64,000 nt of DNA from Eledone cirrhosa (lineage: Eukaryota). The notes below the pieces were generated by a model. The model saw only the letters and a list, made by a program, of their open reading frames with translations, did not search any database and was not told the DNA's origin. Position numbers and translations under genes: made by a program. The stretch lies in the NCBI GenBank assembly GCA_964016885.1, contig OZ024766.1:6634001-6698000 (forward strand), read 5' to 3'. How positions within the stretch are numbered: position 1 is the stretch's first letter; every line of letters starts with the position of its first letter. Below, piece by piece: positions 16,858-29,987 of this stretch.

Positions 16858-16860
<3 letters not shown>
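16681..16860. mobile_element. Fold-back element family B with complete hammerhead on the minus strand (16693-16743)
   Basis: GGCUUC-CUGAUGA-UUUC uccc GAAU-GAAACAG uucuaguc CUGUA-GAAGCC. Confidence 0.8.
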
Positions 16861-16890
<30 letters not shown>

Positions 16891-16895
<5 letters not shown>

Positions 16896-17096
16896 AACGA
16901 GTAGGACCCCGACGGCTGAGCTCAAGCCGTTTCGACGGCTAATTCTGGACCGGAATTCTTGGTCCAGAATTAGCCGTCGAACGGCTTCAGCTCAGCCGTC
17001 GGGGTCCTACTCGTTCCTATTACCCCCTCTACTACCCTAAGTATTGAGTACTTTGGTGCGTTATGGTCCACCTGGTTCCTTACCACATTTCCTTCG

Positions 17097-17099
<3 letters not shown>
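16891..17099 (+). mobile_element. Fold-back element family A
   Basis: Same arms and tail as 6906-7112 but a different loop (cggaattcttg vs gcattga). Confidence 0.75.
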
Positions 17100-17132
<33 letters not shown>

Positions 17133-17135
<3 letters not shown>

Positions 17136-17459
17136 CATTTTCTTCAGTTCATCGTGGTTTTTGGGTGTCCGTATGGCTCTGGTCCACCCGTTCCATCTAT
17201 CTGTGTGGGTTTTCTTGGCCATTGAGGTAATGGTAGGTGGTCTGCCTCTTGCTGGTCTTGTAGGGCACAGGTTGCTAAGGTCATAAGTGTCTAGGTAACT
17301 ATTACTATTGGTAAGCTTAAGTAGAAGTCCCAGCTCACTGGTATCAATCCCACGGAACTCAACCTTGCTCTCGCTGATCATTTCGACGCATTTCTCCACA
17401 GCAAAATCCACGTCAATAGATGGATACAGGGACACAACATCCATACTGCCTATTATGAT
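17133..17459 (-). mobile_element. Penelope-like element reverse transcriptase fragment
   Basis: IIGSMDVVSLYPSID is the PLE/TERT-type motif A (hDhxSLYPxI). It is followed by an open insertion region. Flanked by (TA)n on both sides. Confidence 0.8.
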
Positions 17460-18044
17460 ATATATATATATATATATTGGAAAATGTGTGAAATCCTTGG
17501 TACATTTAGGTATATATGCAAAAAGGAAAAAAGATGACTTCACTTGTTGGTAATGTAGGCGATTTAATTTTTGAATTTTACACAATTTTATAATTTTGCT
17601 ATGTAGATCTAATATCAATATTATAAAATTATAAAATCGTAAAATTATAAAATTAAATTGTTTAGAATACCAACTCCAAGGGAAGTAATTCTTTTCCTTT
17701 TTTAAAATATATATATATATATATAAGGCAATTATTTCATTTACCAGTGGTTTCTTAAAAGCAAACAAATTTTGCTTTCAATCATCAGACTGAAAAAATC
17801 CTGGTGTATTTATTGACATTGGATTTTAAAAACAAAAATATAATCTATATGAAAGTGAGGCTGGAAAAGGAAGAAGGAAAGGAAAAATAAACACACATGC
17901 ACACACACACACACAATACATAAATGAAATAATTGCTTTATGTTGTTTATTACATAACTATTAAGCTCTGTAACCTACATAGAGCACTCTTTTTTCCTGG
18001 ACCTTTCCGACAGAATTACTATATATATATATATATATATATAT

Positions 18045-18212
18045 AACGAAGGAATTGTGCTAAGGAACCAGATGGACAATAACGCACCAGAGTACTCAAT
18101 ACTTAGGGTAGTAGAGTGGCTAATAGGAAAAGGTATGGCCCCGACGGCAGAGCTCAAGTCCAGAAATGGCCGTCGAAACGGCTTGAGCTCTGCTGTCGGG
18201 GTCATACTTGTT

Positions 18213-18217
<5 letters not shown>
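18045..18217 (-). mobile_element. Family A variant, opposite orientation
   Basis: Reverse-complement tail taacgaagg...gtactcaatacttagggtagtagag plus a partly deleted hairpin. Further fragments at 13441-13513, 28078-28110 and 29356-29430. Confidence 0.7.
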
Positions 18218-18278
<61 letters not shown>

Positions 18279-18389
18279 CAAAGGTGTATATTGAGTTAGA
18301 AACTCAGAATAGTCCCTTACAATTCAAATAGCCCAAGGAAAACATTTTCCGGGCATTGTAATATAATTTAATATAATAAAGAGTTAAAC

Positions 18390-18476
<87 letters not shown>

Positions 18477-18603
18477 TATACATATATATATATTACTCTG
18501 ACAGGTCCAATTTATTTTGTGCTAAGAAGGAAAAAAACCAGGAAAGAGCATTTTTAATGCCTGTGTGGTAAGAAAGTAGTCCACTACACACACACACACA
18601 CAT

Positions 18604-18656
<53 letters not shown>

Positions 18657-18728
18657 CATAAATATATACCTATACATACATATGTATAGAGATACATACC
18701 TACATACATATATGTATGTAAATATATG

Positions 18729-18878
<150 letters not shown>

Positions 18879-18886
18879 TGTATGTA

Positions 18887-18958
<72 letters not shown>

Positions 18959-19006
18959 TGTATATATATAAGTATGTATGTATATATATATATGCATGTA
19001 CATATA

Positions 19007-19049
<43 letters not shown>

Positions 19050-19575
19050 TCAAAAGAAACGTTAATGACTAAAATTTTAGAATATGAATAAAGACGAAGG
19101 ATAAAACATCGGAAAGATGAATAGTCTCATCTCTTCAGCTAACCTCTGGGGGATCACTATGGTTTCGGTATTTTAAGGTTGATATGATCGTTCCAGTGCA
19201 CATTAGGACGTAACAAAACAGGTAAAGACGTGTTATGCCTTTAGGCATATTACACAAACAAAGATGAAAAGCTGAAAAGCTGAAAAGCAACCCAAGTGTG
19301 TCGACTGAGAAAGACGGGAGAGAACTTTATCAGCTTAAACAGAGAGAGAGAAAAATATAAGAAGAAGAGAAATAGTAAAACAGGTGAGAATACTAAGGAC
19401 TGTAGTCCGAGTTGCAGGTAAAGATAATGACACTGAGACGTAGAAAAGGTAAGACAGGTAAATAATAAAGGAAGACAGCCTGGAATCGTGATGTCTATTA
19501 TAGGATAGTTTCAAAAAAAGTCCGCATGGCTAAGTTTATAGAATATAAATTCAAAATAGGGGGCGCAATGAATAA

Positions 19576-19674
<99 letters not shown>

Positions 19675-19732
19675 TGTGTGTGAGTGTATTTATATATATA
19701 TATATATGTATGTATATGTACATATATATACA

Positions 19733-19830
<98 letters not shown>

Positions 19831-20044
19831 TACACATATACATACATATATAGATAGATAGATATACATATATATATATATAGGTGTATATAATATATAT
19901 ATAGAAGCGGACGTAAAATGATGATGATGATGATGATGATATATAGGTGAATATAATAAATATATATGTGTGTGTGTGTATATATATACATATATTTATT
20001 TGTATATATTTGTATATATATATACACAGTATATATATATACAG

Positions 20045-20109
<65 letters not shown>

Positions 20110-20129
20110 AGTATATATATATATATACA

Positions 20130-20172
<43 letters not shown>

Positions 20173-20287
20173 TATAGATGTATATAATATATATATAGAT
20201 AGATAGATATACACACACACATACATATATATATATGTGTGTGTGTGTCTGTGTGTGTGCGTTTATATATATACATACATACTTATA

Positions 20288-20426
<139 letters not shown>

Positions 20427-20430
20427 TATA

Positions 20431-20476
<46 letters not shown>

Positions 20477-20479
<3 letters not shown>

Positions 20480-20695
20480 ATAATAATAAATTTGAAGACT
20501 AAAATCCAAAGAGGGCTCGATAAGGATAAATATATATCAAATATATAAGAACCGTAGAGCAAATATTTATTAAAATAACAGATTAAAGTTTAAGCAAAGA
20601 ATCGCTGCTTTCACCCTTAACGGGATCTTCAGAAGATCCCGTTAAGGGTGAAAGCAGCGATTCTTTGCTTAAACTTTAATCTGTTATTTTAATAT
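20477..20695. mobile_element. Fold-back element family D (perfect ~62-bp arms plus tail)
   Basis: tattaaaataacag...gggatcttc a gaagatccc...ctgttattttaata. The minus strand reads CUGAAGA-UCCC guuaa GGGU-GAAAG. Relatives at 50851-50915 and 52385-52585. Confidence 0.8.
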
Positions 20696-20911
20696 ATATA
20701 TATATATTCTTTCTTGATATATAAAAAAAAACCCCTGAAACGGCCGCGCGTTTAATTAAGATCCAAAATTGTTCAATCTAAAAAATTAATATTTTTTTTT
20801 TGTATTTATTTACGTTCCAGCCGGGGGCTGAGGCCATGCTGGGACACTACCACTTAAATTACATTTAAACCTTCCATCTATCCAGGGAGTCTTTCCTGAG
20901 ACATTCTAAGA

Positions 20912-21560
20912 ACATGTCCGTAATATCGGAGCTGAGATCTCTCATTTTGGAGAAGTAGGGTTTCTACCTGGAGTGACTCCCTGATCTCGGGTCTCCGATC
21001 GACGCACTCTATATAGAGTAAAATCACTCCAAAGACCCTTTAAAGGGACTCTAATTCGGCTACATGTATTTTAACCATATGTCCGTAATATCAGAGCTGT
21101 GATCTTTCAATTTCGAGAAATAGGGGCTCTACCTGGAGTAACTCCCTGATCTCGGGTCTCCGATCAACGCACTCTATATGGAATAAAATCACTCCAAAGA
21201 CCCTTTAAAGGGACTCTAATTCGGCTACATGTATTTTAACCACATGTCCGAAATATCAGAGCTGTGATCTCTCATTTTGGAGAAGTAGGGTTTCTACCTG
21301 GAGTGACTCCCTGATCTCGGGTCTCCGATCAACGCACTCTATATAGAGTAAAATCACTCCAAAGACCCTTTAAAGGGACTCTAATTCGGCTACATGTATT
21401 TTAACCACATGTCCGTAATATCAGAGCTGTGATCTTTCAATTTCGAGAAATAGGGGCTCTACCTGGAGTGACTCCCTGATCTCGGATCTCCGATCAACGC
21501 GCTCTATATTGTGTAACTTTACCCCAAAAACCCTTCGAAGGAACCCTATTTAAGAAGTTT
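20912..21560. repeat. 165-bp tandem repeat, about 4 copies, alternating A/B variants (330-bp dimer)
   Basis: atgtccg at 20914, 21079, 21244 and 21409. Units 1 and 3 carry ctcattttggagaagt, units 2 and 4 carry ttcaatttcgagaaat. Confidence 0.9.
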
Positions 21561-22069
21561 TTATTTTCACACCATGTTTTTAATATCAAAGCTGTGGTCC
21601 CTCAATTCGGAGAAATTAGGGCTTTACTCGCAGAGGCTCTAATCTCCGAAATACACACTCGTACGAGTAACCTTAATCCAAAAACCTTTAAGAAGGACCT
21701 TATTTCGGTCACATATATTTCAACCACGTCTGTTATATCAAAGTTATGATTAATCAGGTAACCTTACTCAAAAAAACCTTCAGAAAACCCTATTTCAGCC
21801 CCTTATATTCGCGATCTTCTGTCATTATCCAAGATTTATGACAACCCCTAATTTAAAAAAAAATTATTCAATTACAAAGGTAGTGTATTTTATTAAAAAA
21901 ACGCAGCCACCCCTCAATTTCAGAATGGACTCGTCCACTGAAGCAATTCTTCACAACTAAACAAGATGTCAGACATGGCGGACGTGTGTAGTTCTTCTCT
22001 GAGTTTCTGTAGCAAGGTTAGAAGATATCATATCATATCCTATCCAGAACTGACCATCCCTCTGGATAT

Positions 22070-22780
22070 ATTACAACAAAATTGTTTATTTTAAAGTGTT
22101 TATATTCATTTAAAAACCTTCCATCGTTATTTTTGTTAAGTTACGTTCCAAACACCTTTAGTTCTATAAAACAAAACTTTATTTTAACGTGTTTATATTT
22201 ATTTTAAAAGCCCCATCTTGCCATAATTTTAGGTGAGATCCTTTATTAAGTTACGTTCCAAACACCCCTGGTTATATGATACAAAACTTTATTTTAACGT
22301 GTTTATATTTATCTAAAAACATTCCATCGTAATTTTATGTAAGAACCTTTGTTAAGTTATGTTCCAAACACCCCTGGTTCTACGATACAAAACTTTATTT
22401 TAACGTGTTTATATTTATCTAAAAACATTCCATCGTAATTTATGTAAGAACCTTTGTTAAGTGATGTTCCAAACACCCCTGGTTCTACGATACAAAACTA
22501 TATATTTTAAAGTGTTTATATTTATCTAAAAACATTCCATCGTAATTTTATGTAAGAACCTTTGTTAAGTTATGTTCCAAACACCCATGGTTCTACGATA
22601 CAAAACTATATATTTTAAAGTGTTTATATTTATCTAAAAACATTCCATCGTAATTTATGTAAGAACCTTTGTTAAGTTATGTTCCAAACACCCCTGGTTC
22701 TACGATACAAAATTGTTTATTTTAAAGTGTTTATATTTATTTTAAAAGCCCCACCCCGCCATAATTCTATGTTGAAGAAT
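22070..22780. repeat. ~107-bp AT-rich tandem repeat family
   Basis: aagttatgttccaaacac at about 22354, 22459, 22567 and 22674. Same family at 24370-24820, 56690-56955 and reversed at 62400-62850. Confidence 0.9.
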
Positions 22781-22899
22781 TTTTTACCGTGTATATATTT
22801 TATTATTATTATTGTGTATATATATATATATATATATATACACAGTGTGTCCCCCGACAATGTATACAGACTTTGATTACCTGTACAGTTAATATTTAT

Positions 22900-24820
22900 T
22901 AGAATACTGTTGAAGTGTGGTATCTCAATTCGGAGAAATTAGACCTTTATCTGGCGTGGCTCTGAACTACGAACTACAAACTCGTAAGAGTAAACTTTAC
23001 TTCAAAGATCCTTAAAAGGACCCTATTTCGGCCCCATGTATTTGAACCACATGTCTGTAATATCAGGGCTGTGATCTATCAATTCTAAGAATTACCAGCT
23101 CTACCTTGAGTAACTCCCTGATCCCGGATCTCCGATCAACGCACTCTATATAGACTAACGGCACTCCAAAGACCCTTTAAAGGGACTCTAATTCGGCTAC
23201 ATGTATTTTAACCACATGTCCGTAATATCAGAGCTGAGATTCTTTCAATTTCGAGAAATAGGGGCTCTACCTGGAATGACTCCCTGATCTCGGATCTCCG
23301 ATCAACGCGCTCTATATTGTGTAACTTTACTCCAAAAACCCTTCGAAGGAACCCTATTTAAGAAATTTTTATTTTTACACCATGTTTTTAATATCAAAGC
23401 TGTGGTCCCTCAATTCGGAGAAATTAGGGTTTTACCCGGAGTGGCTCTGATCTCCGAAATACACACTCGTACAAGTAACCTTAATCCAAAACCCTTAAGA
23501 AGGACCCTATTTCGACCAGATCTTTTTTAACCACATGTCTGTAATATCAGGGCTGTGATCTATCAATTCTAAGAATTACCAGCTCTACCTTGAGTAACTC
23601 CCGGATCTCCGATCAACGCACACTATTAACTAGTTTTACTCCAAAAACCCTTAAGAAGGACCCTATTTCGCCCAGATCTTTTTTAACCATATGTCTGTAA
23701 TAACAAAGATATGATTTATCAGGTAACGTTACTCCAAAAACCCTTCAGAAAGATCCTATTTGGTCACATTATTTGAACCCTGACTTCAAATCCCGTCTAG
23801 GTTAACTTTGCCTTTCATCCTTACGGGGTCGATAAAATAAAGTACCAGTAATACACTGGGGTAATTGCTGGCCTTGTGCCAAAAGTAGAAACTATTATTT
23901 TAACCACATGTCTGTTATATCAAAGCTATGATCTATCAAGTAAACTTACTCCAAAAACCCTTAAGAAGGACCCTATTTCGGTCACATATTTTAACCACAT
24001 ATCTGTAATAACAAAGTATGATCACTCAAATAACCTTACTCCAAAGACCCTTCAGAAAACCCTATTTCGGCCGCTTATATTCGCGATCCTATTCTTTCTG
24101 TCATTACCCAAGATTTATGACAATAATTAAGGGTTGGTACGAACCCCTAATTAAAAAAAAATTATTTAATTACAAAGGTATTGTATTTTATTAAAAAACA
24201 CAGCCACCCTTCAATTTCAGAATGGACTCGTCCACTGTAGCAATTCTTCACAACTTAACAAAATTTCAAACATGGCGGACGTGTGTAGTTCTCTCTAGGT
24301 TTCTGTAGCAAGGTTAGAAGTTATCATATCAAATCCTATCCAGAACTGACCATCCCTCTGGATATATTACAACAAAATTGTTTATTTTAAAGTGTTTATA
24401 TTTATTTAAAAACCTTCCATCGTTATTTTATATAAGAACCTTTGTTAAGTTATGTTCCAAACACATCTGGTTCTATGATACAACATTTTATTTTAACGTG
24501 TTTGTTTTATTTTAAATGTCCCACGCTTCCATAATTTTATATAAGAACCTTTGTTAAGTTATGTTCCAAAGACATCTGGTTCTATGATACAAAATTTTAT
24601 TTTAACGCGTTTGTTTTATTTTAAAAGTCCCACGCTTCCATAATTTTATGTAAGATCCTTTGTTAAGTTACTTTCCAAACACCCCTGGTTCTATGATACA
24701 AAACTGTTTATTTTAAAGTGTTTATATTTATCTAAAAACATTCCATCATTATTTTATGTAAGAACCTTTGTTAAGTTATGTTCCAAACACCTTTAGTTCT
24801 ATGATACAAAACTGTTTATT
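22900..24820. repeat. Diverged tandem duplicate of the ~20900-22780 block
   Basis: Same order: 165-bp-type units, unique core (cagccacc..tcaatttcagaatggactcgtccactg..catggcggacgtgtgtagttc at 21904 and 24201), then 107-bp units. Confidence 0.85.
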
Positions 24821-24879
24821 AGTAATACACTGGGAGTAATTGCTGGCCTCGTGCCATAATTAGAAACAATTATTATTGC

Positions 24880-25116
24880 AGCCGTCTCGAAGACGGCGCC
24901 ATTTTGAAATGTTGCTAGCGAAAGACTTTTTCGCATATTAAACATCGTTCGTTGGAAATTTACCTAAGGATATTTTTACCTGTAAAGTCAAATAATACCT
25001 GGAACTTAACGACAACGGTAGTTCTACAAGGAAAACTTTAACATAACGTTGGATATTTTTGGATAATTACAAAAAAAAAATAAAAATAAAAGCTTCCATT
25101 TCTGATTAAAACTAAG
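24880..25116 (+). promoter_or_regulatory. Possible promoter / non-coding first exon
   Basis: CpG-containing gacggCGCCATTTTg (YY1 consensus) near 24897 and a strong donor AAG|GTAAGT at 25116/25117. Confidence 0.35.
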
Positions 25117-25814
25117 GTAAGTGATTCGATTTTACGTTATTTGATTTTTCATTTTGATTTATCATTTTGATTTATTTTAAATGTTTTAGCAATAATGCTT
25201 CTTTTTAAAGGAATACTTGTTCAATATTTAAGATATAGAATTAACTAGGTACATCTTTTTTTAATTTGGAGAGGCTGTGTATCTTTTTAATATAATATTG
25301 GTAGATTTTAGTGTAACTTTGAGTCTATTTTATTGAAAATCCTTAAAATAAAGACTTATTTTTGTGTGCCTTTTTTTAATTTGGACGGGTAGCGTACCTT
25401 AATATAATATTGGTAGAGTTTAGTGTAACTTTGAGCCTAATTTATTGAAAATATTTTTGTATGTATTTAAAATAAAGACGTATTTTTGTATGCCTTTTTT
25501 TAATTTGGAGACGTGGGTACCTTTTAAATATAATATTGGTCGATTTTAGCGTAACTATGGGTCTAATTTATTGAAAATATTTCTGAAACAATGTTTTTAA
25601 GCAATATTTGTTGATTATTTAAAATAAAAAATTAATCTAGGGGCACCTTTTTTTTTTTTTGGAGAGGTGTGGTACCTTTTTAATATAATATTGGTAGATT
25701 TTAGCGTAACGCTGAGTCTGATTCATTGAAAATGTTTATGCAGGAATGATTTGAAATAAAAATATTTTTGTATGCTTGTTTTAATTTGGAGGGTCGGGGG
25801 ACCTTTTCATGAAG

Positions 25815-26430
25815 GAAGAAATCGGCAGTTTTGGAGACCCAAAGACTCGAGAAGACTCTACGGTGACCTTTACGAAAAGGAAGCTGTCGGATAAGCACTG
25901 GTATATTACGGGGTGCTCCTTCCTTAGACAGACTGTTGTGGTATCGATTTCTGCGGAAGAAATCGGCAGTTTTAGGGGCCAGAAACTCGAGAAGACTCTA
26001 CGGTGACCTTTACGAAAAGGAAGCTGTCGGATAAGCACTGGTATATTACGGGGTGCTCCTTCCTTAGACAGACTGTTGTGGTATCGATTTCTGCGGAAGA
26101 AATCGGCAGTTTTAGGGAGCCAAAGACTCGAGAAGACTCTACGGTGAGGTGACCTTTACGAAAAGGAAGCTGTCGGACAAGCACTGGTACATTACGGGGT
26201 GCTCCTTCCTTAGACAGACTGTTGTGGTATCGATTTCTGCGGAAGAAATCGGCAGTTTTAGGGAGCCAAAGACTCGAGAAGACTCTACGGTGAGGTGACC
26301 TTTACGAAAAGGAAGCTGTCGGATAAACGGTGGTACATTACGGGGCGCCGCTTCCTTATACAGACTGTTGTGGTATCGATTTTTGCGGAAGAAATCGGCA
26401 GTTTTGGGGGCCAAAAACTCGAGAAAAGTT
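25815..26430. repeat. 140-146 bp CpG-rich tandem repeat, about 4.3 copies
   Basis: atcggcag at 25821, 25962, 26102, 26248 and 26394. Confidence 0.92.
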
Positions 26431-26813
26431 AACGGCGGTCGGTACGAAATGAAAGCCGTCAAACAACCCTTTGTATTTGTTTAAAATATTTTCTGAAACT
26501 TTTTACAATTTTATTTTCTCAATAAAAAATGTTAAACAATTGATTCGATATTTTGGATTGTAACCTTGGATTTGGAATTCATCGATAAGGTAGGTGAATC
26601 GATTTTATATTATTTGATTTTAATGAATTTTAAATGTTTTTGTAACAATGTTTTAAGTAATATTTGTCTTATATGAAAAAAAAAAATTGGCATGCGTTTT
26701 TTTGTAATTTGAAAAGGGGAGCTTTTCGACAATATATTTATTCTTTTCAGTGTTATTGTGAGCCTCGCGTATTTGAAATGGTTTTTTAAGGGTTTCTTTT
26801 TCAGCAATATTTG

Positions 26814-26940
26814 GGTGAAGGCGTGTGGCTGAAAGTGGTTAGGGAACTGGATTCGCAATCGTGAGGTTGTGAGTTCGATTCCTGGACCGGGCGATGCGTT
26901 ATGTCCTTGAGCAAGACATTTTATTTCACGTTGCTCCTTC
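26814..26940 (+). mobile_element. tRNA-SINE head fragment (older copy; another at about 27585-27870)
   Basis: gtggctgaaagtggttag...gagttcgattcc...tccttgagcaagaca. Confidence 0.7.
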
Positions 26941-27945
26941 TACCTGGAGTTGCGACCGATAGATAGTATTAGCAACTGGAAAGACCAACGGAAACATTTT
27001 TTCCTCGGTCCGATTTTTGACAAAAGTCGATCGACTGTCGGTTTGTCAAATATTAAAACATGTAGCATAATTTTGAGCCTGATAAATTTAAAATATAATA
27101 TAATATGCTGGGTCCGTCAACTCCTTATTATATATAACCAATCTGCGTACTCCGTCGAGTGCTCCAATCTGCATACTGAGGTGTCGGTAAACAACCAACA
27201 TATACTCAATTTGATTTGGTTTTTGGCTTGGGTGGTTAATGCTTTCTTGACCACCTTTTCAGTTTTGTATGGCTTCTTAACACATTGTTTAGCTCTGGTT
27301 TTTAACTATTGAGCCCTTCGCCAGTATCATTTCTGATTTTTGCGTTTCGCTTCGCTTTTCCTGCCCGCCGAAAATGCGATTATCGCTGAATTTTTATTTG
27401 TATATATATATATATATATATTTGTAGTAATATTTGTCTCATTTAAAAATTTATTTATTTTTGTACCTGTGGGTGGAACGGGGGTTTACCTTTAACGAGA
27501 TGTTGGTACATTTTAGGGGTTTTTTTTTTCTTTTACCCTGATATAATTCAAATGTTTTTGAGGGAAGGTATACTATGCATCATTTAGTGAAAGCGCGTCG
27601 CTTTGTGGTTAGGGAAGTTCTGCTCATGACCGTAAGGTCGTTAGTTCGATTCTCGGCGGCGAACTGTGTCCTTGAGCAAGACACTTTATTTCATGTTGCT
27701 AGGGAAACTCTGATCATGATCGTTAGTTCGATTCTGGGCAGCGGGCTGTGTCCTTGAGCAAGACACTTTATTTCATATTGCTCCAGTGTCAACTCAGCTG
27801 GCGAAAATAAATTGTACCAGTAATTCGAAGGGTCAGCCTTGGCATGCTCCGTGTCATGCTAATCTTCGGCATTTCGTTATCATTATATTTGCGCAAGACT
27901 CTCTCTTTCTCTCTCCCCCTTTCTCTTTCTCCCTTTCTCTCTCTC

Positions 27946-28004
<59 letters not shown>

Positions 28005-28520
28005 TTCTCGCTCTCTCTTTCTCTCTCTCTCCCTCTCTCTCTCATATATAATATATATATATATATATGTATATATGTTGAGCTCTGCCGTCGGGGTCAT
28101 ACATTTTCCTATATATATATATATATATATAAAGAAAAAAACGATGAAATCGAAAATTCAACTGGAGTCCTATTTTTTTTAAATATATATATATTTATTT
28201 GGTTCCTTTACCGGTTTCGCAGTTTTTCTGCTTTTCAAAAGTAGAGTTGAGATGGAGGGTCTGTGGTTTCTCTCACATCTCACCGTTGCATTTTCAATTT
28301 CATCTTTTTTTTCTTTTTTTCTTTTTTTCTTTATACTTTCACTCGCGTAGGACACCTCGGTTATTTTTCATTTTATAAAAAAACCTCACTTTCTTATGTA
28401 TATATATTGAGGGCGGCTGGCTGTGAGGCTAGTTGGTCAGCCGCCTTCTCTGTCTCTGGTTTCTCAGATCCATGGTTTTTCGGACCCATGGCTTTTTACA
28501 TATTCCTTTGTTATATTCTA

Positions 28521-28578
28521 ATACCTGATGATATCACCGGATTCATATGGAACCCGGTCATTGAAATGATCATAGTAT
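28521..28578 (+). ncRNA. Type I hammerhead ribozyme motif
   Basis: AUAC-CUGAUGA-..ACCGG..CCGGU..-GAAAU-GAUC-AUA-GUAU then AATAAA. Stem III AUGAUCAU is palindromic. Confidence 0.7.
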
Positions 28579-28747
28579 AATAAACCTTTCAAGGATTTAC
28601 ACCAGATATATATATATATATATATATCGTCATCGTTTAATGTCTCCCTCGCTAGCATGGGTTAGACGGGTTTCTCCCATTAGAGGCAAGTTGGGTTGGG
28701 TGACTGTTTCTTGCTAGATTTCTACGGCTGGATGCCCTTATGTGTGC

Positions 28748-28782
<35 letters not shown>

Positions 28783-28789
28783 GTCAGGT

Positions 28790-29310
28790 CACTCTCGTGT
28801 GCTACAGGTAACATGTAACCCAGTACAACCTGTCTCATGGTTGGGTCGTCGGCGACTAAACCGGCAACCCCACCAAGCCTGCTTGGTGAGGAGGGTGATA
28901 TTTGGACACCCTGCGGGATGAAATACAAGACCCGGCAAAGGGCGAAGGAACTCAGCAGAGTCAACAGCCATCCAAATAGTACTTTTTTTTTTTACCTGGG
29001 AGTGAAAGGCCCCCAGTTGGTGTCACAACACCTTTCTAGGAGAGGGGAAACTCTGGAAAAAAAAAAAAAAACGCTGCGGTTTCGGAAGCATCCGATGATG
29101 TTGACCAGTTCTCCTTTTCGGGTAGTGTTTTAGATGCTCAGAGAGTGGGATTGGTCGAGTGCAAGGCCTTTCCCCACTTAAAAAAAAACCTTCAAAGCAC
29201 AGGCATAGCTTGTTCAGGATCTGTTACAGGTTCGTGTGGCTGGCCGTAGCCTAAAAGTCCACCAAACTCTATAATCTGACAAGCAATACACTTAGCAACA
29301 GGTTCCAGCC
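28790..29310 (+). mobile_element. Possible LINE (RTE-type) 5'UTR fragment
   Basis: GC-balanced non-coding block between (TA)n runs with aaatacaagacc, ggggaaactctg and cacttaaaaaaa motifs reminiscent of RTE 5'UTRs. Recognised from memory only. Confidence 0.35.
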
Positions 29311-29436
29311 ATCATATATATCACACACACATACACACACATATATATATATATATAGGGAAAAGTATGACCCCGACGGCAGAGCTCAAGCCGTTTCGAC
29401 GGCTATTTCTAGTCCAGATAGCCGTCGAAATGGTGA

Positions 29437-29710
29437 GTCCGCCATTCTGGACGCTGCTGCCTTGTAGAAGTCCCAAATCGAAGCTCTGCCACTCTCGTCC
29501 CCATCATTCAGCAGTGGATTTTTCCAGGCAGCCGCATCATCCCCGATGGTTGGGCTTCCTATTCGGAAATTGAAGGTGGGAGTTACGTTCATGATGTTGT
29601 GGTGCACGAACGAAACTTTGTAGATCCTGCGGACCCTGATGTGCACACACAGCTCACAGAGAAGTGCAAACATGGAGCCGTGCAAAGACGAAGTTTCGTC
29701 GCCAGCATGT
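29437..29710 (+). mobile_element. Merlin (IS1016/IS1595-like) DDE transposase remnant
   Basis: Frame not in the ORF track: VRHSGRCCLVEVPNRSSATLVPIIQQWIFPGSRIIPDGWASY..GSYVHDVVVHERNFVDPADPDVHTQ, then frameshifted TWSRAKTKFRRQH. This fits the Merlin R..ATL.PII...I.PG..I.sD.W..Y..H..V.H...FVDP...HTQ.IE..W pattern. Confidence 0.85.
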
Positions 29711-29820
29711 TTCCTTTAAACACACAAAATGTAAAGACGACGTTCGAAAATTAAAATAAATTTACTTTCATTATTGCGACCGCTAAAAGTAGAGAACGCC
29801 TATATATATATATATATATA

Positions 29821-29955
29821 GGGATTCCTGATGATTTCTAAAGAATGAAACAGTTCTAGTCCTGTAGAATCTCATCTATATTAAAACTTTTATACTCTGC
29901 AATGTATTGAGTACCTTACTTACTGTGGTTACCTCCGATTCAACCCGGAATAACG

Positions 29956-29957
<2 letters not shown>
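29821..29957 (+). mobile_element. Family B element with complete hammerhead (29823-29871)
   Basis: GAUUC-CUGAUGA-UUUC uaaa GAAU-GAAACAG uucuaguc CUGUA-GAAUC. Confidence 0.8.

Positions 29958-29987
<30 letters not shown>

Noticed and set aside
19105-19145. Hammerhead on the minus strand (CUGAAGA-GAUGA..UCAUC); similar at 13180-13210 and 17770-17792
   Set aside because: The GAAA box or stem II is missing, so at best these are decayed remnants. They are not counted as ribozymes.
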